A stretch of DNA of 64,000 nucleotides, from contig CAMAPH010000005.1 of the NCBI GenBank assembly GCA_945859975.1, positions 1 through 64,000 of the forward strand, in the 5' to 3' direction. Below the pieces are notes generated by a model. That model was not told the origin of the DNA and ran no database searches. It saw nothing but the letters and a program-made list of their open reading frames with translations. Position 1 is the first letter of the stretch; every line of letters begins with the position of its first letter. This stretch comes from Chthonomonas calidirosea (lineage in GTDB: Bacteria; Armatimonadota; Fimbriimonadia; Fimbriimonadales; Fimbriimonadaceae). Position numbers and translations under genes: made by a program. This document shows positions 58,089 to 64,000 of this stretch, in pieces.

Positions 58089-58856
58089 ATGGCCATTATC
58101 AGCGCGCTTCTTCTTGGGCTGTCGCAGTCGGTGTATTTGCCGAACGCACATGCTCATAACGACTACGTCAACCCAAAGCCGCTGACCGAAGCCCTGTCGC
58201 TCGGATTCAAGAGCATCGAAGTCGACGTGTTCCCGGTTAACGGGAAACTCCTCGTCGGTCACGATAAGAAGGACCTTAAGCCCGGGAACACCATCGAATC
58301 GATGTACTTGAACCCGCTCGTTGCCCGCGCGAAGGATAACGGCGGCTGGGTTTATGGTTCGAAGGAAGAACTCTGGCTACTGGTGGACATCAAAGAAAAA
58401 GGGCCCGAGGCGTACGCGCTTCTCAAGCAGCTGATCAAGCCAAACCAACAGTTTTTCACGGGCTACAGCATCCCCGGCGGAGTTGTACCGTCTGCGATTC
58501 GGATCATCCTGAGCGGAGATCGACCGACGGATATCGTGAAGAAGGAGGACGTCCGTTACGCATTTATCGACGGCCGACTCTCGGATCTTGAAAAGATTGA
58601 TGCCGAGTTGATGCCGCTGATCAGTGACAGTTGGTTAGAGAATTTCGAGTGGCGCGGTGTTGGCGCTCTGAACAACAAGGATCGGTTCAAGCTCCAACTC
58701 GCCGTGAACCGCGCGCACCGGCAGGGGCAGAAGCTGCGGTTCTGGGCAACGCCGGACACACCACTTGCTTGGAAGACGCTTCGCGACTTTGATGTCGACG
58801 TGATCGGAACCGATCAACCGGCCAAGCTGGCTGCCTTCCTCAAAGCTCAGCGATAA
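58089..58856 (+). CDS. PI-PLC/GDPD-like phosphodiesterase
   Basis: [35 protein letters not shown]. Confidence 0.82.
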   Translation: MAIISALLLGLSQSVYLPNAHAHNDYVNPKPLTEALSLGFKSIEVDVFPVNGKLLVGHDKKDLKPGNTIESMYLNPLVARAKDNGGWVYGSKEELWLLVDIKEKGPEAYALLKQLIKPNQQFFTGYSIPGGVVPSAIRIILSGDRPTDIVKKEDVRYAFIDGRLSDLEKIDAELMPLISDSWLENFEWRGVGALNNKDRFKLQLAVNRAHRQGQKLRFWATPDTPLAWKTLRDFDVDVIGTDQPAKLAAFLKAQR

Positions 58857-59331
58857 GGTCGCGGTTCATTTGCGCGACCAGCTCTTCTTGTTGCCTCGCA
58901 AAGGCAGCTAGCTTCTGTTCCAGGCTCTCGTTGCCGATCGCCAACATTCGGACGGCAAGGAGCCCAGCGTTTTTGGCGTTGCCAATCGCTACGGTCGCTA
59001 CCGGGATTCCGGCGGGCATCTGGACGATGCTTAAGAGCGAGTCTTCGCCGCTCAAGTACTTTAGGGCAACAGGGACACCAATGACCGGGAGCGTGGTCAG
59101 GCTTGCGACCATGCCAGGCAAGTGCGCAGCGCCACCGGCTCCGGCGATGATGACTTTGATGCCGCGTCCGCTGGCGGTCTGCGCGTACTCAACCATCTTG
59201 AGCGGGGTTCGGTGGGCGCTAACGACCTGGATCTCGTAGCTGATCCCGAAGTCGGCCAGCACTTCGGCCGCCGGTTTCATGGTTTCAAGGTCGCTTTTGC
59301 TCCCCATGATAATGCCAACGGTCGGAGTCAT
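58840..59331 (-). CDS. purE: N5-CAIR mutase
   Basis: [40 protein letters not shown]. Confidence 0.97.
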   Translation of the reverse strand: MTPTVGIIMGSKSDLETMKPAAEVLADFGISYEIQVVSAHRTPLKMVEYAQTASGRGIKVIIAGAGGAAHLPGMVASLTTLPVIGVPVALKYLSGEDSLLSIVQMPAGIPVATVAIGNAKNAGLLAVRMLAIGNESLEQKLAAFARQQEELVAQMNRDLIAEL

Positions 59332-60590
59332 TTTTTCACCTTACCTTTCACCGATCTCGCGGTCTCCACGATCGCGTCGGCATAGCGCTCGCTGGCACCG
59401 GTGTTCGACGCGACGAATTGCCGTGCCTCTTCACTGATCGCTCTTAGCCGAATTGGGTCTTCCAGCTGCTGCCGAACCGTGGTCGCGATCTCGCTTGCTT
59501 GGACTTGAGTTGTGCCCTTTGCCACCGCGGCCACATCGCGGAAATTCCGCATATTCGGCCCGTGGATGACCGGTACCCCGTGCGCGAGGGGCTGGATAAT
59601 GTTCTGTCCGCCAAGGTCAGCAAACCCACCGCCCACGACGGCAAGGGAGGCAACTGCGTACAGGGCGCTCAATTCCCCGTACGAATCCAAGATCAAAATC
59701 TGCTCGGCCCCGATCTTTTCGTTTGCCGTTCTCCGGAGCATCGGGCCGTTAAAGTGCCGAGCAAACGCCGCGTCTAACTCCGCCTTGCGGTCGATATGTC
59801 GCGGCGCGAAGATGACTTGAACATCTGGCGTGAGCTTCTTGGCTTGGGCCAAACACTCGTCAAACTCCTCGTGCCGGATCGAGCCGAAGATGACAATGGG
59901 CTTGTCTGGCAAGAGCCCAAGTTCCTCTTGCCATTCGGTCACGCTTTTTCCGCCAGACTCCACCGCCTGATCGAACTTGCAGTTTCCAAGCACGCGAACA
60001 TCCTTCGCACCGAAAGAGGACATCCGATCCGCATCAGGTTGTGCTTGCATCAGAGCCGCTTTCAGCCATGCGGCCATCTGCCGGTACAGCGGTGCTACTC
60101 GGCTCATGCCCCGAAAACTTCGCTCGCTAATGCGGCCGTTCACGAGGATGACCGGAACGTCAAAGACATCCGCCGCCCAAAGGAAGTTGAACCAAAGCTC
60201 TGTCTCCATGAGAACGGCAACCTTCGGACGGACCGTCTGAATTGCCCCCAGTTGGAACCGGGCGACGTCGATCGGGAAATAGACCACGTGGTTGACGACT
60301 TCGCCAAGTAACGGCTGGGCGGTTTCGAAGCCGCTGCTCGTGGTAACGCTCAGCACAAGATCGTATTCAGGAAGCTTTCGACGGATGGCCTGCAAAATCG
60401 GCTTCGCCGCGACCACTTCGCCCACCGAAACCGCATGAAACCAAATGCGGTTCTCGTGTCGCGGCAAATCGTACTGCCCGAAACGCTGCTTCCAGTTCGG
60501 CATCGGTTGCCGTCGCCGGGCGCGGAACCACATCCACGGCCCCCAGATGGGCGCGAGTAGCGTCAGGACGATATTGTAGACAAGGAACAT
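59328..60590 (-). CDS. waaA: Kdo transferase
   Basis: [41 protein letters not shown]. Confidence 0.93.
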   Translation of the reverse strand: MFLVYNIVLTLLAPIWGPWMWFRARRRQPMPNWKQRFGQYDLPRHENRIWFHAVSVGEVVAAKPILQAIRRKLPEYDLVLSVTTSSGFETAQPLLGEVVNHVVYFPIDVARFQLGAIQTVRPKVAVLMETELWFNFLWAADVFDVPVILVNGRISERSFRGMSRVAPLYRQMAAWLKAALMQAQPDADRMSSFGAKDVRVLGNCKFDQAVESGGKSVTEWQEELGLLPDKPIVIFGSIRHEEFDECLAQAKKLTPDVQVIFAPRHIDRKAELDAAFARHFNGPMLRRTANEKIGAEQILILDSYGELSALYAVASLAVVGGGFADLGGQNIIQPLAHGVPVIHGPNMRNFRDVAAVAKGTTQVQASEIATTVRQQLEDPIRLRAISEEARQFVASNTGASERYADAIVETARSVKGKVKK

Positions 60591-61483
60591 TACGCCTCGA
60601 AACTTCGGCCCGTGATCCGGCCATAAGCTTCCACGTACTTCGCGCGGGTTTGACTCACGATCTCCTCCGGAAGCGCGGGGCCAGGCGGCTGCTGATCCCA
60701 GCCCGTTTCGGCGAGGTAGTTCCGCACGAACTGCTTGTCATAGCTAGCCGGGCTAGAGCCGGGCGCATACTTTTCGGCATCCCAGAATCGACTTGAGTCT
60801 GGCGTTAGGGCCTCGTCAATCCAGATGATTCCGTCGTCGGTCCAGCCGAACTCAAACTTCGTGTCCGCCAGAATGATGCCAACGTTGGCACAGTGCTCGG
60901 CAGCTTTTGCATAAATCTCGAGCGTCTTCGACTGAATGAACTCTGCCGCTTCAATTCCGATTTGATCCACGACGGAGGCAAAAGAGATGTTCTCGTCGTG
61001 ACCTTCCTCCGCTTTGGTCGCGGGGGTGAAAATCGGTTCAGGAAGTCGCGCTGCATCGACCAGCCCCGTCGGCAAGGCCAACCCATGAATGTCGCCGCCA
61101 GACTTCGTGTACTCCTTGAACAAACTGCCGGTGATGTATCCGCGCGCAACGCATTCAATTGGCAACGGCTTAGCTTTTTTCGCGATGGTGGATCTCCCCG
61201 CAAGCTCCGGTTGAGGGTTCTTGCATCGGCTCGCAATTTCTGCGTCGTCGGTGGAGATGACGTGGTTTGGGCAAAGGTCCGAGAATTTATCGAACCAGAA
61301 CGTGCTCATTTGGGTGAGGATGCAGCCCTTGTCGGGAATGCCATTGGCCATGACCGCGTCGAACGCACTGATCCGGTCCGTGGCGACAATCAGAAGCTCA
61401 TCGCCCAAATCGTAGACCTCACGAACTTTCCCGCACCGCGCGGGCGGAAGTCCAAAAACGGCGGTATGGAGCAGCTCAGGCAT
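60590..61483 (-). CDS. purC: SAICAR synthetase
   Basis: GKVREVY, DRISAFD, ECVARGY.TGS, DTKFEFG, TPDSSRFW, DKQFVR. Confidence 0.97.
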   Translation of the reverse strand: MPELLHTAVFGLPPARCGKVREVYDLGDELLIVATDRISAFDAVMANGIPDKGCILTQMSTFWFDKFSDLCPNHVISTDDAEIASRCKNPQPELAGRSTIAKKAKPLPIECVARGYITGSLFKEYTKSGGDIHGLALPTGLVDAARLPEPIFTPATKAEEGHDENISFASVVDQIGIEAAEFIQSKTLEIYAKAAEHCANVGIILADTKFEFGWTDDGIIWIDEALTPDSSRFWDAEKYAPGSSPASYDKQFVRNYLAETGWDQQPPGPALPEEIVSQTRAKYVEAYGRITGRSFEA

Positions 61484-61505
61484 GCCTGATTATTGCGCGG
61501 ATTCC

Positions 61506-61534
61506 GGCGCAATCTCGTCGGGCGAGATTGCGCC
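61506..61534. terminator. 12-bp stem-loop between the DUF1080 gene and purC
   Basis: GGCGCAATCTCG-TCGGG-CGAGATTGCGCC. No U tract on the minus strand. Confidence 0.45.
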
Positions 61535-61551
61535 AGAAACATTCGCTTGCC

Positions 61552-64000
61552 TTACTTCAGTCGCTTGATGCGAATGTTGCGTAGGGCGACCGGGTCGCCG
61601 TGGTCTTGGAAGACCAAGTTACCGACCTTGCGCTGACCGTAGATCGCGGCGTTCGCGAACTTCGACTTCAGCACTCGATCTTTCCAGTCCGCCGAGTTGA
61701 TCTCGTAGGCCGCGACCTTCTTGCCGTTGAGCCAGTGCTCGATGCTGTTTCCGCGAGCAACAACTCGGGAGCTGTTCCACTGTCCCGCCGCGCGAGCCTG
61801 AGCTCGATCCGTTGGGTAGATCGCATACACCGAGCCAGCACTGGTCATCGGGCTACGACCGTCGTTATGTCGCAAGTTGTCCAGCAACTGATACTCCGGT
61901 CCGGTGATGTACGGCGCGGTGTACTCCTCGGTTGATCGGTACATCATGCCGCTGTTTCCGCCAGGTCCGACTTTCCATTCCCATCGGAAATCGAAGTCGC
62001 CAAAAGTATCCAACGTGCGGAGATCTCCACCGCCGCCAGAACCGGGCACGTAGCGAATTTCGCCGTTGACGGCCTTCCAGCCGGTCGGAACCACCTTCTG
62101 GCGGAAGCCAATCCAGTTGCTCAGCGACTTGCCATCGAACAGGAGTTCAAAGCCTTCCTTCTTTTCTTGCTCGCTCAGTCCAGTGACCGGTTTGGCCGGA
62201 TTCGGCTTGACCGTTGCGTTCTGTGGAATCTCGTTCAGGGTGTACCAAGCTTCCGTGCTCCAAAGGTTCTCTCCAGACTTTGAGAGCAAAGTTGGGTCGA
62301 GGCGGAAGTAGACGACGTTGCCGGCTTTGAGGCCGTCGAGTTCGACGAAGACCTTCTTTCGGTCCTTTGAAACGGTGATCGACTTCGGCTGCTTGACCTC
62401 AGTGTCGACCTTTGGTCCACCGTACTGCTCGGTTGGCACATACCGCCAGGTCTGAACGGTGTAGTCGGCCGCGTCGTTGCCGTTGAACTCGGCCAGAGGC
62501 TGAGTCAACTCAAGTTCAAATCCGTTCGTCTTCGCCCGCGTAGCGAGGATTTCGAAGGTGGACTTGCCGTTGAACTTGATCTTCTGCAGACCAAATCGCT
62601 CTTTGCCTTCCTGTCCCCAGTTGCCCGCCGCGCCGATGCCGCCAATATAAAGCGCGCCGTCTGGACCCCAGGCAATGCGGTTCACGCCGGCTTCGAGGCC
62701 CTGAGTGAACCGATAGACCGCGCCTTGTAGCACGCCGTTAACCTGCTCGACCGAGACACGCTTGACGCCGCCGTGCGTGACGTCGCCGTGAAGCATCTGC
62801 CCCTTGTAAGGGCCGTCGTTCATCGTTGTTGGGTTGCTTGGCGAGTTGCCAATTTCACCCTGCGGCAACCAAACCACCGGAGGCTGCTCTTTCAGACCCT
62901 TCGTTCCAGTCGGATCAACCGACCGCGAACCGAAGAATGCACCGGGCTTGTAGTGAAGAATTTTCGAGCTAGGTAGCCAGTCGCCCTGGTTGTCGGCAAT
63001 GAAGATCTCGCCTTTGTAGCCAAAGCCGATGCCGTTCGGGGTTCGAAGACCGTGCGCAACGAGTTCGTAGTCACCCGTCTTGCCGTTGATCTTAACGACC
63101 TTGCCACGATCTGGGTTCTGTGGCTGAGTGCTGGCACCGCCTGGATTGATCGCCGTTGCAAGATTTCCGTAGAAGTAACCGTCCTTGTAGACAAGTCCGA
63201 AAGCGAACTCGTGGAAGTTGTCGGTCACTCCCCATCCGTTGGCAAGCGCGTAATACTCATCCGTAATGCCATCGCCATTTTTGTCGATGAGCTTCGTGAG
63301 TTCCTGCTTTTGCAGAACGTAGATGTCCTTACCAACGACCGCAAGTCCGAGCGGCTCAGCGAGACCTTTCGCGATCTGCGTGACCTTAACCGATTCCGCG
63401 CCCTTTTCGATGCCGCTTAGCTTGTAAACCGCGCCGTCAGCGTCCCACGTGCAAACCAGCATTTCGCCGGTTGGCAAGAAGGCAATTCCGCCGACTCGCG
63501 GCTTAAAGTCCTTTGGACGAATGGTGATCAGATCGTACGACGGGTGAACGCCTTCGAGCGGTCGCTGGTCGCCTGGGCGGCTGTAGTTACCCTCGACGAT
63601 GACATTCTTTCGGCCCGGAGACGTTACGCGAACTTCGCCTTCGATGGTCGTGAAAGCGCTGGCAGGAATCAGTTCCCAAGTCGTTGACCCGGGCTTTTGC
63701 CATTCCAACCTCAACGTCGCGTCTGCTCCGCCCTGGAAGTATTCGATGCGAAACGGATGCTCACCCGGATCAAGGGTGAACTCGCCCGTGTTGTAATCGA
63801 ACGAGTGCAGACCGTCGTGATTCACGACCATCGTGTCTCGAATGTACAGATTCGAACCGTCATCACTGCCTAGGCGGAACTTGAACTTGCCGGTGTCTTT
63901 AACGTTCAAAAACCCGCTAATGTGAACGATGAAGTTCTCTTCGAATCCACCGAAGTCGTCCTTCGACTTCAGGTCAACCACCGGCAGGACATAGGACTTG
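61552..64000 (-). CDS. PA14 + beta-propeller (sorbosone dehydrogenase-like) + DUF1080 protein (5' truncated)
   Basis: PA14 motif GSDDGS..NHDGLH, propeller motifs GLRTPNG and DNQGDW, DUF1080 motifs LFDGKSL, GNSG, EYQLLD and FQDHG..V.LRNI. Confidence 0.88.
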   Translation of the reverse strand, partial: KSYVLPVVDLKSKDDFGGFEENFIVHISGFLNVKDTGKFKFRLGSDDGSNLYIRDTMVVNHDGLHSFDYNTGEFTLDPGEHPFRIEYFQGGADATLRLEWQKPGSTTWELIPASAFTTIEGEVRVTSPGRKNVIVEGNYSRPGDQRPLEGVHPSYDLITIRPKDFKPRVGGIAFLPTGEMLVCTWDADGAVYKLSGIEKGAESVKVTQIAKGLAEPLGLAVVGKDIYVLQKQELTKLIDKNGDGITDEYYALANGWGVTDNFHEFAFGLVYKDGYFYGNLATAINPGGASTQPQNPDRGKVVKINGKTGDYELVAHGLRTPNGIGFGYKGEIFIADNQGDWLPSSKILHYKPGAFFGSRSVDPTGTKGLKEQPPVVWLPQGEIGNSPSNPTTMNDGPYKGQMLHGDVTHGGVKRVSVEQVNGVLQGAVYRFTQGLEAGVNRIAWGPDGALYIGGIGAAGNWGQEGKERFGLQKIKFNGKSTFEILATRAKTNGFELELTQPLAEFNGNDAADYTVQTWRYVPTEQYGGPKVDTEVKQPKSITVSKDRKKVFVELDGLKAGNVVYFRLDPTLLSKSGENLWSTEAWYTLNEIPQNATVKPNPAKPVTGLSEQEKKEGFELLFDGKSLSNWIGFRQKVVPTGWKAVNGEIRYVPGSGGGGDLRTLDTFGDFDFRWEWKVGPGGNSGMMYRSTEEYTAPYITGPEYQLLDNLRHNDGRSPMTSAGSVYAIYPTDRAQARAAGQWNSSRVVARGNSIEHWLNGKKVAAYEINSADWKDRVLKSKFANAAIYGQRKVGNLVFQDHGDPVALRNIRIKRLK

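Overview
Ordinary GC-rich bacterial chromosome with about 68 CDS and one tRNA-His. I saw no rRNA, CRISPR array, integrase or transposase. The gene content (UBact, DUF1559-type prepilin, DUF1501, LPS Kdo transferase, Gly-rich lipoproteins) suggests Armatimonadota, probably Fimbriimonadia; this is an inference. Core loci are glyS, prfB with a programmed +1 frameshift, leuC, rpmH-rnpA-yidD-yidC-jag, htpX, metG, yceD-plsX-fabH, nfo, folK with two pilC-like genes, a DinB-like polymerase and purC-waaA-purE. The main observations are: (1) a translationally coupled dop-ubact-prcB cassette with no prcA, pafA or ATPase gene in the window; (2) an HTH + nucleotidyltransferase (type IV TA-like) pair behind a perfect 14-bp inverted-repeat operator; (3) a solitary HsdR_N-like nuclease fused to a DUF4357/RAMA-like domain; (4) frequent leaderless gene starts, with a TANNNT-like hexamer 5-7 nt before the start codon; (5) an rnpA whose conserved N-terminus has no canonical start codon; (6) an orphan Cys-rich secreted gene pair behind a consensus promoter. 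All family calls come from motifs read by eye, with no database searches.
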